A stretch of DNA of 64,000 nt from Candidatus Poribacteria bacterium (GCA_965198175.1 OZ240245.1:3163030-3227029); one strand, 5' to 3'. Shown: positions 9,548-20,165, counted from the first letter of the stretch. Program-made: numbers and translations. Notes: generated from the letters alone by a model not told the origin.

Positions 9548-11161
9548 CTACAACGGAACAATTCCCGCATATTTGACGCCGGTCAAGTACGCGATATCGC
9601 GCTTCCAAGTTGTTAGATCAGTCGCACACAGTTGATTCAGATGCGTATGCCCGCATGCGCGAGCAAGCGCCTGCATCAATTCGGTTGCCGCGCCGAGGAA
9701 GCGGTTGAGTCGGCGAGCGGCTTCATTCACAATCAGCCGGGCACGGAGGCTTTCCTTTTGTGTTGCAATTCCTACTGGGCAATTATTGGTATGACACGCA
9801 CGCATGCCGACGCATCCGATTGCCTGCATTGCAGAATTGGCGATTGCTACCCCGTCTGCACCGACGGCTAGTGCTTTTGCAAAATCAGCAGGACTCCGCA
9901 AGCCGCCCGTGGCAATCAATGTAACATCGCTGTTGCCTCTTTCGTCCAAGTATTTCCGCGCGCGCGCAATCGCTGGCATAGTTGGCACCGAAATGTTGTC
10001 TCGAAAAATAAGTGGTGCTGCGCCTGTGCCCCCTCCACGCCCGTCAAGGATGATGTAATCAACTGGGATTTGAAGGGCGGTTTCGATATCCTCCTCAATA
10101 TGTTGGGCTGATAACTTAAATCCGATCGGAATGCCTCCGGTCAGTTTACGAACTTCGCTCGCAAATCCCTTGAAGTCCTCCAAACTGTTCCAGTCCGGGA
10201 ATCGAGCCGGTGATACTGCCGGTTGTCCGGCTATGAGCCCTCGAACCTCGGCAATTCTTCCTTTCACTTTTTCCGCTGGGAGATGACCACCAGTTCCGGT
10301 TTTTGCTCCTTGTCCTCCTTTGAAGTGAAAGGCTTGAACAAGGTTGAGTTTGTCGAATGAAAAGCCGAAGCGCGCAGAAGCCAACTCGTAAAAATAACGA
10401 CTGTTTTCAGCCTGTTCCTCCGGCAGCATTCCGCCTTCACCAGAACATATCCCCGTCCCTGACATCTCTGCGCCTCGTGCTAAAGCGATCTTTGCTTCGG
10501 CGGACAATGCGCCAAAACTCATGTCCGAAACAAAAACCGGAATATCAAGCTTGAGTGGCTTTCTGGCGTTTCGACCGAGGACCAGCTCGGTTCCAACAGG
10601 GACATCATCTAGCTGGGGAAATTTGTGCAGTTGAGCAGTGATAAATTGCAGGTCATCCCAGCTAGGAAGTTCGTCCCTTTGAACACCCATCGCTGCCATC
10701 CGTCCGTGATCGCCAACCTTACTGAGCCCGTAACTCGCTAGATGACGGATGTAATCCACATAAGGCTCTTCAGACGTACCGTGTATATCCTGGTATGTCC
10801 CTTGATATTCGTCACGTTTGTATGGCTCAGGATTTTTCTTCTCCCAAGCGAGGATTTCCTCTTCATCAACCAATACTGCATCGTCCTCGATCCACGTCGT
10901 GAATTTCTCCAACCGCTCTTCATTATGATATTCGCTGATACCTGTGTCGTAACGATAATCCCAGTTGTGAACCCCACAAATTAGATTTTTTCCATCAATA
11001 TGTCCGTCTGCGAGCAGGGCTCCACGGTGCAGACATCGCCCATACAACACGGAAATATCTTCGTCGTATCTGATAATCACTAGGTCCACATCTCCGACCA
11101 ATGCATGAGCGGGTTCGCGATCCTGTAATTCACTGAATGTAGCAACGCGGATTTTTTTCAT
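9548..11161 (-). CDS. Fusion protein: N-terminal Rieske [2Fe-2S] domain plus FMN-binding glutamate-synthase domain-2 family (GltS-related) protein
   Basis: CLHRG-x16-CGVHNW matches the Rieske CxH-x15-17-CxxH pattern. The C-terminal 400 aa match the GltB FMN-domain family (GGxGxGG-like LDGRGGGTGAAP, GGLRSPADFAKALAVGADGV). Confidence 0.7.
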   Translation of the reverse strand: MKKIRVATFSELQDREPAHALVGDVDLVIIRYDEDISVLYGRCLHRGALLADGHIDGKNLICGVHNWDYRYDTGISEYHNEERLEKFTTWIEDDAVLVDEEEILAWEKKNPEPYKRDEYQGTYQDIHGTSEEPYVDYIRHLASYGLSKVGDHGRMAAMGVQRDELPSWDDLQFITAQLHKFPQLDDVPVGTELVLGRNARKPLKLDIPVFVSDMSFGALSAEAKIALARGAEMSGTGICSGEGGMLPEEQAENSRYFYELASARFGFSFDKLNLVQAFHFKGGQGAKTGTGGHLPAEKVKGRIAEVRGLIAGQPAVSPARFPDWNSLEDFKGFASEVRKLTGGIPIGFKLSAQHIEEDIETALQIPVDYIILDGRGGGTGAAPLIFRDNISVPTMPAIARARKYLDERGNSDVTLIATGGLRSPADFAKALAVGADGVAIANSAMQAIGCVGMRACHTNNCPVGIATQKESLRARLIVNEAARRLNRFLGAATELMQALARACGHTHLNQLCATDLTTWKRDIAYLTGVKYAGIVPL

Positions 11162-11359
11162 CTCTTCTCCTATTGGTCTGTTAGCTTAGGATACATAGGC
11201 ATCTTTCCAAAGCAATAACATTTGAGGTATTGCCGTACTTCCGATGTTCAACAGTTGTGCGAATGGAATCCGGTACTGTTCAATCGAAAAATGCCTTTTA
11301 CACGTTTCACAAGATATGCAGAAGGGTAATACGCCACTCGGAATCTGCGCGATAACCTA

Positions 11360-11887
11360 CTAAATTTCGAGCAGGTTATCCCATTCACAATCGAGACAGA
11401 ATAAATCCGTTTGGCTAAGATGCTGGATATTTTGACTTCTACATTGAGGGCAGGTTGGACGAGCTTTTGAGTTCAGTGGATTGGTTTGCTGACGAATATT
11501 CAGGTAGTAGGTTTTAATCTCTCCCTCGTAGCGATGTCCCCTTGGACAGCGAATCCTTCTGGTAGGATGTGTTTCGAGACGTTCAATGATTTCCCGCAAA
11601 AATGGAATGCGGCACCCACAAATCGGACAAGGGTTTGGATAGAGTTCCTTAGTAATAATCACATCGGAATTCTCTTCCCGTATTGTGACCGGCATCAAGA
11701 AATGACGCTGCAGCATCTGCCTGACATCTGCTTCCGCATTGATTGCTTGTCGAACATTCTGTTGATTTATAATTTCTTGATATGTTTCTGGGCTAAATAT
11801 AATCTGCGCTGGCGTCATTGTTCCACGCAAGCTGAACACGATATTGTGGATTCTATCGAGTGTTGATGTTGATTTTATCATACCCAC
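11360..11887 (-). CDS. Hypothetical protein with two C-terminal zinc-ribbon-like Cys pairs (CPIC...CPRGH; CPQC...CLDC)
   Basis: ORF only; cysteine spacing suggests zinc ribbons. Confidence 0.35.
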   Translation of the reverse strand: MGMIKSTSTLDRIHNIVFSLRGTMTPAQIIFSPETYQEIINQQNVRQAINAEADVRQMLQRHFLMPVTIREENSDVIITKELYPNPCPICGCRIPFLREIIERLETHPTRRIRCPRGHRYEGEIKTYYLNIRQQTNPLNSKARPTCPQCRSQNIQHLSQTDLFCLDCEWDNLLEI

Positions 11888-12082
11888 TCTCTTGCGCCCC
11901 TGTGCCTCAATAAAAAAGGGGTTCTAGCGAAAAGAATCTCGGTAAAAGTTCCGCAGTTGGACTCTATAAAGAACCGCTTTATCCACATCTTCACTCGCGG
12001 AATTTCGCCTAGTCTACCCCGACACTGACCCTACTTTTGTGGGATCAGGCATTAGTCAAACCACAATCTTGAGTTGAAGCAT

Positions 12083-12601
12083 CTATACTTTTGTTGTTTC
12101 ACCTTGTTGCAACAAATCTTCACGGCTCCGGGCGATTGGCGAAGGCTGGCTTTTCGATCTGTAAACATCAGCGGGATGGTTTCGAAGTATGAGTAAATCT
12201 GACTCGTCCTTTTCAATTCTATCGCCCTCAATTAAGTTAATCTCAATTTTTCGCATGCTCGTTGTTAGATTAACGACGACCTTGCATGGATCGTGGAGAG
12301 TAATATGCCACCCATCTGATGTTTTTTCTCGGGTGGATTTGGCTGGAACATTAATAGACTGCACTTGGTTTGTGCTGATAATAACAACACTTTCTGCCTC
12401 AACTGCCCCATTACCGTTTTGTACACCGTTTTCTTGAGCCATTGCTTTCCTCGCTAAAACTTCTGAATCGTCAATTGTTGGATACGTATCCGCACTGCCG
12501 CAAACACTTATCTTGCTAATTCTACTGGAGATTATTGTTCTTGTCAACCCTATTTTATTCTTTAAATCCGGCGGTAGAAGGCTGACGGGGTGAGAACCCA
12601 C
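12083..12601 (-). CDS. Hypothetical protein (172 aa)
   Basis: ORF only, no recognisable motif. Confidence 0.3.
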   Translation of the reverse strand: MGSHPVSLLPPDLKNKIGLTRTIISSRISKISVCGSADTYPTIDDSEVLARKAMAQENGVQNGNGAVEAESVVIISTNQVQSINVPAKSTREKTSDGWHITLHDPCKVVVNLTTSMRKIEINLIEGDRIEKDESDLLILRNHPADVYRSKSQPSPIARSREDLLQQGETTKV

Positions 12602-12690
12602 ATATCCAAGAAAGAACCGTTTAATTGGGGGGAAGATAACAATCGACTAGCTTGATTGACGGTGAGTATCGGGATGTATACTATCAAAAT

Positions 12691-13233
12691 CTACTGACTT
12701 TTCTCAGTGAAGTTGAGCGCAGCGGAATTAATGCAATAACGAAGCCCGGTCGGTGGCGGACCATCTTCAAAAATGTGACCGAGGTGCGCATCACATCGAC
12801 TGCAAAGCACTTCAGTACGGGTCATAAAGAAACTCTTATCGCTTTCAGTGCTAATCTTATCTGTCGAAATCGGCTGCCAGAAACTTGGCCAACCGGTTCC
12901 AGAGTTATACTTCGTTTCGGAACTAAAGAGTTCGCTGCCGCAACAGATGCACTGGTACACGCCTTTCCCCTTAAAATCGTGATATTCACCAGTGAACGCG
13001 CGTTCTGTTCCCTTCTTCCGTGTCACGTGATATTGCTCGGGCGTCAGCAACTGTCGCCACTCTTCCTCCGCTTTTTTGAATTTCTCAGACATCTTTACCT
13101 CTTTCTGTTCTTGTAATTCCGCGTTATTTCCCGATAGGGCTGCTTTCTCTTGCGCTTGCTTGCAGGCGAGATGGAAGCCGATTAACGAGAAGGAAATTAG
13201 CAGTAAGGTGGATTTCAATATTCTAACTATCAT
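12691..13233 (-). CDS. msrB: Peptide-methionine (R)-S-oxide reductase MsrB with an N-terminal export signal (secreted or lipoprotein form)
   Basis: YHVTRKKGTERAFTGEY, GVYQCICCG, RTEVLCSRCDAHLGHIFEDGP and RYCINSAAL are all MsrB/SelR hallmarks. GAGGAG ribosome-binding site 7 nt upstream of the internal ATG at 13233 (MIVRILK...). The hydrophobic leader ends in ...HLAC. Confidence 0.85.
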   Translation of the reverse strand: MIVRILKSTLLLISFSLIGFHLACKQAQEKAALSGNNAELQEQKEVKMSEKFKKAEEEWRQLLTPEQYHVTRKKGTERAFTGEYHDFKGKGVYQCICCGSELFSSETKYNSGTGWPSFWQPISTDKISTESDKSFFMTRTEVLCSRCDAHLGHIFEDGPPPTGLRYCINSAALNFTEKSQ

Positions 13234-13515
13234 TATGTGTCTCCTCGTACAACGACATTTAGTAAACACTTTATTATACCCCGAATCTGTAGTGAAAGTT
13301 GCATCATTACAAAGCTATATCGCAGCGAGATTATCGTGGATATTGTGGACGGATATGAATGTGAACCGCTGCGGACACGAGTGAACATCTCACAGGGCTA
13401 TAAGAATTCGCCCTGCACCGCAAAGCCTGGAATGGCATGAACCCCAAACGCCGGTTCAGCGGCGATTTGCATGTGGTGCTTTTTAATCGGCCCACAGGGA
13501 GATCGCCCGTACCGC

Positions 13516-14598
13516 TTAGCTTGTACTTCTTTTAACGATAGGAATAATCCGTTGATGGGCGCGAGGAAAGGGGAATTGATCTATATCGTCAACCGTTACC
13601 CAACGATGATCGACCGGACCGTTCAGGACCACTTCACCGGATTGGTAGTGGCAGCAAAAGACATCCACGACAATTTTGAAGTGCGTGAAAGCGTGTTTGA
13701 CGCGGGTGAGGTATTCGGTTACCTCAACGGAGAGATTAACATGTTCCTTAATTTGCCGGATACAAGCCTCTTCAGCGGTTTCCTCCTCTCCGATCTCATC
13801 ACCCGGAAATTCCCATAAACCGCCAAGTAAGCCATCAACTTTTCGCTGGGTGATGAGAATGTGTTTCTTTCTGCGCACAACGCCTACGGCAAGGCGATTT
13901 TCTGGAAGCGGTTTGGATTTGAGGCGGATTGGAAATTCTTCCTGTCGCGCGGTCCGGAATGCGCGACAAAAGGTATTCACCGGACAGAGGACACAAAGCG
14001 GAGATCTTGGGCGACAAACCGTTGCCCCTAATTCCATCATCCCTTGATTGAACGTGCCCGGCGCATCTCGATTTAACAACCGGTCTGCACTCTCGCGAAG
14101 GGTCTTGATAGAAGTTGATGCGTTGATAGGCGAATCAATGAGAAACAACCGCGCTAGGACTCGTTTTACGTTGCCATCTGTCACCGCGTAAGGCGCCTGA
14201 AATGCAATACTCTGCACAGCAGCGCCGGTATACTCTCCCACACCAGGCAATTTCCGGAAGATTGCGTAATCCGTCGGTATTTTTCCGCCGAAACCCGATA
14301 CTATCACTTTGGCGGCTTTGTGCAGGTTTCGCGCTCTAGCGTAGTAGCCTAAGCCTTCCCAAGCCTTCAACACTTCTTGAAGGTCTGCCGCAGCCAGACG
14401 GTGAATATCGGGAAACGTATCCACAAAATTCTGGTAATACTCCAACACCTTTTTAACTTGCGTCTGTTGAAGCATTACCTCAGAAACCCAGATATAGTAT
14501 GGATTTTGGGTGTCACGCCACGGTAATTTCCGATGATGTGTATCGAACCACTTCGTTAGCTTTTTCCGAAACTGTACGATTTCTTTGGGGGACATCAT
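13516..14598 (-). CDS. mutY: A/G-specific adenine DNA glycosylase MutY (HhH-GPD plus Fe-S plus NUDIX-like C-terminal domain)
   Basis: HhH-GPD motifs (LPGVGEYTGAAV), Fe-S cluster loop CxxxxxxCxxCxxxxxC (CRPRSPLCVLCPVNTFC), C-terminal MutT-like domain. Confidence 0.85.
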   Translation of the reverse strand: MMSPKEIVQFRKKLTKWFDTHHRKLPWRDTQNPYYIWVSEVMLQQTQVKKVLEYYQNFVDTFPDIHRLAAADLQEVLKAWEGLGYYARARNLHKAAKVIVSGFGGKIPTDYAIFRKLPGVGEYTGAAVQSIAFQAPYAVTDGNVKRVLARLFLIDSPINASTSIKTLRESADRLLNRDAPGTFNQGMMELGATVCRPRSPLCVLCPVNTFCRAFRTARQEEFPIRLKSKPLPENRLAVGVVRRKKHILITQRKVDGLLGGLWEFPGDEIGEEETAEEACIRQIKEHVNLSVEVTEYLTRVKHAFTHFKIVVDVFCCHYQSGEVVLNGPVDHRWVTVDDIDQFPFPRAHQRIIPIVKRSTS

Positions 14599-14902
14599 CT
14601 ACCAACAAATACTCAGTCGATGCGAAAAGACCTGTACCATAAAAACTTGAGAGTATTGTCTTATGGATAGATATATGGTCTAATTATGCTAACAGACTCG
14701 TTTTCAAGGTTGGTAACGGTTGCGTTGGTCCGGGAGAGGATTTGTCAGTTATCAACATTCATGCTCACTGGGGTGTCAGCATGGCGGCGATGTCCGCCGG
14801 CAATTTTACGCCGTGTCTCTCCTCGAAGTCCGAAACGCTTGCGTAGTCGTAATGGAATTCAGCGATGATATCCACACCCTTGTCCCTAGCAGTATTCAAA
14901 TC

Positions 14903-15995
14903 CTATCGGGCTTTTTCCCATTCTCTCAGCCGTAACCACACCTCTCCGCGATTATAATAAACCCCGACAAAAATAGGCTTCAGGTCTATTGCTTTGTTAT
15001 AATCTTCAATGGCAAGGTCAACCTCGCCTTTGCTATAGTAGGCCACTCCGCGATTGTTATAAGCAATGGAAAGCCCCGGGGTGAGTTCTATTACTTTGTT
15101 AAAATCTACAATGGCAAGGTCATACTCGCCTTTGCTGCTGTAGGCATTGCCCCGATTGTTATAGGCTTCGACAAGATCCGGTTTGAGTTGTATAGCCTTG
15201 TCAAAGTCTACGATGGCGCGGTCATAATCACCTTTGTTACGGTAAGCGGTACCGCGATTACTATAGGGATTAGCATAATCGGGTTGGAGTTCTATCGCCC
15301 TGTTACAGTCTTCAATGGCACGGTCATATTCGCGTAGTCCGCGATAGGCAGCCCCCGCGATTGTAATAGGCATCGGCAAAGTTTGGTTTGAGTTGTATCA
15401 CCGTGTTATAGTCTTTGATTGCATGATTAATCTCGCCTCTGTTGCGGTAAGCGTTGCCGCGATTGTTATAGGCTTGAGTAAGCTCCGGATTCAGTTGTAT
15501 CGCCGTGTCGTAGTCTTCAATAGCCCGGTCATAATTTCCTTTGCTCTGGTAAGCATTTCCGCGATTGCTATAGGCATCGGCACAATCGGGTTTCAATTGA
15601 ATCACTTTGGTAAAATCTTCCATGGCACGTTTAACATCACTTTGTTGACCGTAAGCTAGACCACGATTGTAATAGGCTGCGGCATGATTGGACTCTAGGT
15701 CTATCGCTGCGCCAAAATCTTCAATTGCCTTTTTAGAATCGCCTTTTTCGCCGTACGTTATGCCGCGATTGTTATAGGCTTCGGCATCATTGGGGTTGAG
15801 TGTTATTGCTCTGTTACAGTCTTCAATTGCGCGGTCAACTCCGCCCAATCTGTCGGAACTAATATGGAACTTCTTATGGACCTCGGCGTCGTCCAATTCT
15901 GGAGCTACTGCTTTGATGTCGTCTCCAATATTCCTGTTAGGTCTACCCACGAAATTGTAGGCAATGCCAACAAGTGCTGAGTTTAGTTCTGGCAT
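14903..15995 (-). CDS. TPR-repeat protein, reading frame broken by a +1 G in a G5/C5 homopolymer (plus-strand C5 at 15352-15356). The two ORF-track pieces 15324-15995 and 14903-15379 are one gene.
   Basis: Both pieces are repeated AYxNRGxAYxxKGDYDRAIxD TPR units. Removing one G joins ...DAYYNRG to AAYRGLREYDRAIEDC in perfect TPR register. Confidence 0.6.
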
Positions 15996-16243
15996 GGCTT
16001 TTTCTCCTTAACAATACGACCTTCCGTTGGTTTCATGATATCCTTTTGGAAAACAGATGTCAACCGAACTTTGAAGCGCAGATGAAACGCGCAACCTGTT
16101 TGACATTGGAAACGGAATGGAATTAGAGAGATTGGATTATAGAGGGCTGTTCTGGTGGTTTGCCTGTGGGAATCTCCACCTAATCCAGCGCTTCAGACAA
16201 TAGCCCCTCCCAGAGAAGGATTTGCAATATTTGAACAGGCTTT

Positions 16244-16324
16244 TAATCTGCGTAATCCGTTAAATCCGTAATTCAGACTGTTTTTCCCTTCCGTTCACTC
16301 AACAATCGCAATGCCTCGGACAGT
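16244..16324. repeat. Intergenic repeat element, copy A (about 80 bp, internal AATCCGT repeats)
   Basis: About 80% identical to 17164-17250. Both lie roughly 250 bp upstream of minus-strand gene starts. Confidence 0.6.
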
Positions 16325-16546
16325 TGTCTGAATCGCGTGTTTGTAAGGATTCCATGTTCGATTTGATCGTCTAAGATTTGATTGAAGGGCTTCACTCATT
16401 AGATTCGTCTAAGAGGGTAGCTATAAGGGCGGAATCTGTTACAACGTCGCAAGCAGCACCAGACTTGTCGATAGAGGTCGTTTCATATACACTTGCAGCT
16501 GCAATGTAAAGACCGCTAACCCGAATGAATGGTATACTAGTAGACT

Positions 16547-16996
16547 CTACCGCGTAACGCCAGTCCAACAGAGCATATCGGGTTTAAATACTGATTCAGC
16601 GCTATCCCAACCACTAGGCGGTAGTTCTGACGACACCTGATTACTGTATTCCTTTTCTATTGCTGCTTTGGATTCAACAGCCAATGTTGTGTACAAGTCG
16701 TACAGATCATGAGTCATCTTTGTGTAGATTTGCTCGCTCTGTATTTTGTATTTCAGCAACAACTCAGCGCACTGGGCACTCATGATGCAAGTAGTGGCAT
16801 AGACACCGGGATAGAATCTCGTATTCTCAGTAGTCTCAAGGAATTCGTAGAGTTTTTTGGCAGACTTCAACATACCAGGCAATATAACGACAGATTTTCC
16901 CTGGTGAATTATTGCTTTAGTCCGCTTCTTTCTTCTACTGATCAATCGTATTCCCTTTCCTATCCAATCTATGGTTTTGGTCTGGAAAATCATCAA
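16547..16996 (-). CDS. Hypothetical protein (149 aa); weak HEPN-like R-x5-H motif near the N-terminus
   Basis: ORF only. Confidence 0.3.
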   Translation of the reverse strand: MMIFQTKTIDWIGKGIRLISRRKKRTKAIIHQGKSVVILPGMLKSAKKLYEFLETTENTRFYPGVYATTCIMSAQCAELLLKYKIQSEQIYTKMTHDLYDLYTTLAVESKAAIEKEYSNQVSSELPPSGWDSAESVFKPDMLCWTGVTR

Positions 16997-17163
16997 TTAC
17001 ACAAATTGTAGCCGATTTACTCTAATCCGTCCTGATCGTGATTAAGGTGATCCGTCCGAATGGTCATTTGCAAATGGCAATTTCTTCGTTGTCTGAAACG
17101 CTATTGGCGCCGATTGACTAAGGGATTTCGCGGATTAAAGTTGTGCAACAGGCTGTCCGCTTC

Positions 17164-17250
17164 TAATCTGCGTCATCTGCGTCATCCGTTTAATCCGTGA
17201 TTCAGACAGTTTTTTCCGTCGTTTTCTCCACAATAGCAATGTCTACAAGG
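17164..17250. repeat. Intergenic repeat element, copy B (contains an extra 9-bp tandem CTGCGTCAT duplication)
   Basis: Aligns with 16244-16324 (taatctgcgt...aatccgt...attcagac...tttttcc...cgtt...caat.gcaatg). Confidence 0.6.
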
Positions 17251-17527
17251 GTCAAGTTTTATAATGAGTATATCACCCAATCTGCCTCATTTTCAAGTTC
17301 AAATAAATTCACGCCCGAAACGGTTCGTTTGGAGATTTAGTGTTAGGTCGATCTGTTGAAACCGTAATCTAGCAGCAACAATTAGCTAGATACGCCAATC
17401 CAGCAACACTGATTGAAAATCCTCCCCCGTGTCGAGGCAAAGACGGTTAACAGGTGCAGATTTATTACTTTGCACTATTTTAAGGGAGAGCTACTAACTA
17501 CCTTTGCAAATCCAAAAAAGAGATTCC

Positions 17528-18343
17528 TCATGAACCGGTGCTGTGATAGTGACGCATCCCGATGCGCCACAGGGCATAGCAACAAAGCAACAACGCGATA
17601 GCCACGATAGGGGCGCCGAATTGAAAGTATTTGGGCATACCGAGAAATTGGTCTTTCTCAAGCAGATGTAGGGCAGGATAGTATGTCACAAAAGCCACGG
17701 GAAGGATGAACGTCAGAAACAGTCGCACGGCGAGCGGATAGATCGAGATGGGGAACGTGGCAGCCTCTTTGCTTGCGGTGATGAGAATATCGGTGAGTTT
17801 GCCGGATTTGGTGGTCAACAGCGCAACGGTTGCACTGAGGAGCATCAGGGCAAACATGATTAAGCTACCACTCAGAACGGTGATGATTGTGAATACCCCA
17901 CGTCCAATGGTCAAACGAAGATGCGTCATGTGGAAGGCGACGCCGAAGATTGCAATACTCGTCAACAACCGTGTGACATGGTGCATTTCCACCCGGCTGG
18001 CGAGGATGTAGAACAGCGGTGGTACGGGTTTAACCAGTACAGTGTCGAGGTCCCCGCGAACGACATATCGGTCGAAATCGTCCAACTGATTCCCCAGTAA
18101 TTTCATCAAAGCGAATGCTAACGTCCCTAAGCTGTATAGAAACATGACCTCGGGCAACGTCCATCCGTTCACCGTGCGAAACTTGGCAAATAACGCCGCT
18201 AGTAAGCCGATTAGAGACGCTTCACCGGTAACGATTGCTATGCACATGAGCCCGAAGGAGAGCCGGTATTGAAGCCGAGACCGCACATAAGCACCGGCGA
18301 GAAGCAGATAAAGTTTGCTATAACGGGCGATCAGGTTGCTCAT
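17528..18343 (-). CDS. ABC-2 family transporter permease
   Basis: Six-TM hydrophobic protein, adjacent to a second permease and an ABC ATPase. Confidence 0.6.
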   Translation of the reverse strand: MSNLIARYSKLYLLLAGAYVRSRLQYRLSFGLMCIAIVTGEASLIGLLAALFAKFRTVNGWTLPEVMFLYSLGTLAFALMKLLGNQLDDFDRYVVRGDLDTVLVKPVPPLFYILASRVEMHHVTRLLTSIAIFGVAFHMTHLRLTIGRGVFTIITVLSGSLIMFALMLLSATVALLTTKSGKLTDILITASKEAATFPISIYPLAVRLFLTFILPVAFVTYYPALHLLEKDQFLGMPKYFQFGAPIVAIALLLCCYALWRIGMRHYHSTGS

Positions 18344-18344
18344 T

Positions 18345-19142
18345 CTATCCGCCTTGAATGACCAATTTTCGGAAGGCAGCTCGGTATCCTAATCGTCCAA
18401 GCCCGATTAACACAACTGCCCAGAACAATTGGATTAAAAGGGCACCGACCACAGCTTGTCCTGTATAGCGACCGACATAGATTGCTGTCGGAATATAGAT
18501 TATCGCTTGAAAGGGCAAAACCTCCGCGATCTTGGCTAGGAGTGTGGGATAAAGCTCCAGGGGCATAAAGTATCCCGAAAAAAACCAGGATATCCCCCAT
18601 ATCACGGCGAAGTAGATGCCACGTATTTCGACGAGCCAGAAAGCGAGAATCCCGATGAGAAATTCTATTCCGAACAAGATAACGTAGCCCAGAATCACAC
18701 TGACGATAAAGAATCCCACGGTCAGAATAGAGCGTGGCAGCAATAGACTCAAGCACCCATAAAACAGCAAGAATTTTGGAAGCATATTGAATAGCACCGT
18801 ATGGAACGAAGTTCCTGCACCCGTGGCAAGCAGCATTAACTGAAAGTCAACCGGCTTCATCAAATCGGTTACGACTTCGCCGGTGCGTACTTTTTCTTCA
18901 ATTACATGCGCAATCCGCAATGTAAAATGAAATGTCACCAACGTTTGCGAAACAACGATGTACGTCAGAATACCGTTAAGGTCGTACCCTTCTACTGCGG
19001 TCTGTCCGGCGTAGAGTGCCTTCCACAGATACACATAAATCAACATGAACAGCACATTGATAAACAGCTCAACCCATAGCTCAAATCGATAGGTCAGCGT
19101 TCTCTGAAAGGCTTTTGCAGTAAAGGCGAGATATTTGCTCAC
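18345..19142 (-). CDS. ABC-2 family transporter permease
   Basis: Polytopic membrane ORF separated by 2 nt from the downstream permease. Confidence 0.6.
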   Translation of the reverse strand: MSKYLAFTAKAFQRTLTYRFELWVELFINVLFMLIYVYLWKALYAGQTAVEGYDLNGILTYIVVSQTLVTFHFTLRIAHVIEEKVRTGEVVTDLMKPVDFQLMLLATGAGTSFHTVLFNMLPKFLLFYGCLSLLLPRSILTVGFFIVSVILGYVILFGIEFLIGILAFWLVEIRGIYFAVIWGISWFFSGYFMPLELYPTLLAKIAEVLPFQAIIYIPTAIYVGRYTGQAVVGALLIQLFWAVVLIGLGRLGYRAAFRKLVIQGG

Positions 19143-19151
19143 GATGAGGCG

Positions 19152-20165
19152 TTAAGTTGCGATGCCGGACTGATAAATCTGTCTCACGATTCGTTCAATC
19201 TCCGGCTCGGAAATGGTTAAATCTTGAATTTCATACTGCGCCGTTAATCGCGTTATGACTTCGGACGCTGAAATGGTGTCTCGGTCAAACGCGAGCCAGA
19301 TGCGATTTTCCTCGCGTCGAATCAGATCCACGCTCTCAATCTGAACCTCAGGATATGCCCGCGCGAGGTCCACAATGAGCATCCGCGTTCTGCCGTGGCG
19401 TTGTTTCAATTCGTCAATACTGCCGTCATAGATGATTCGACCGGTGTCAATGATCATCAGGCGCTGACAAATCTTCTCCACGTCATTGAGGTCATGGGTC
19501 GTCAGAATTACCGTCACTTGGCGTTCCGTGTTGACCTGCTCGAGAAACTGCCGAACCTGTTCTTTGGCGACGACATCCAGACCGATGGTGGGCTCGTCCA
19601 AATAGAGAATTTCGGGGTTGTGAAGCAGCGCTGCGGTCAGATCGCATCGCATCCGCTCACCAAGGCTCAGCCTCCGCACCGGCACAGACAGCAGATGATG
19701 CAGTTGTAACAATTCGCTGAAGAACGCAAGATTCTGTTTGTATGTATGCGGAGGGATCTCGTAGATGTGCTTGAGCAACTCGAAGGAGTCAATTACGGGC
19801 AAATCCCACCAGAGTTGGGTACGCTGTCCAAACACCACGCCAATCCGTCGGGTGTACTCCAGTCGATGCTGATATGGCGTCAATCCCATGACATCAATCT
19901 TGCCCGAGGTCGGTACGAGAATTCCCGTCAGCATTTTAATGGTTGTTGACTTCCCCGCACCGTTGGCACCGATGTATCCCACCAACTCTCCGCGTTCCAA
20001 GGTGAAATTCACATGGTCCACTGCCTGAATTGTGCGGTGCGTCCGCGAAAACAGACCGCCTAGACTCCGCCAAAATCCGGTACGGCGTTCGTGGACCTTG
20101 AAATGTTTGCTGAGGTGTTCAACTGTGATGATGGGCATGTTCGCGGGTGGCAGGCAGAAACTCAA
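19152..20165 (-). CDS. ABC transporter ATP-binding protein (ABC-2/DrrA-like) with C-terminal extension
   Basis: Walker A GANGAGKSTT, signature LSLGERMR, Walker B LLYLDEPT. Confidence 0.8.
   Translation of the reverse strand: MSFCLPPANMPIITVEHLSKHFKVHERRTGFWRSLGGLFSRTHRTIQAVDHVNFTLERGELVGYIGANGAGKSTTIKMLTGILVPTSGKIDVMGLTPYQHRLEYTRRIGVVFGQRTQLWWDLPVIDSFELLKHIYEIPPHTYKQNLAFFSELLQLHHLLSVPVRRLSLGERMRCDLTAALLHNPEILYLDEPTIGLDVVAKEQVRQFLEQVNTERQVTVILTTHDLNDVEKICQRLMIIDTGRIIYDGSIDELKQRHGRTRMLIVDLARAYPEVQIESVDLIRREENRIWLAFDRDTISASEVITRLTAQYEIQDLTISEPEIERIVRQIYQSGIAT

Noticed and set aside
13471-14047. Plus-strand ORFs overlapping mutY, and similar antisense ORFs inside the GltS-fusion, comM, mlaD, radA and the pst genes
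   Set aside because: Shadow ORFs opposite strongly conserved genes.
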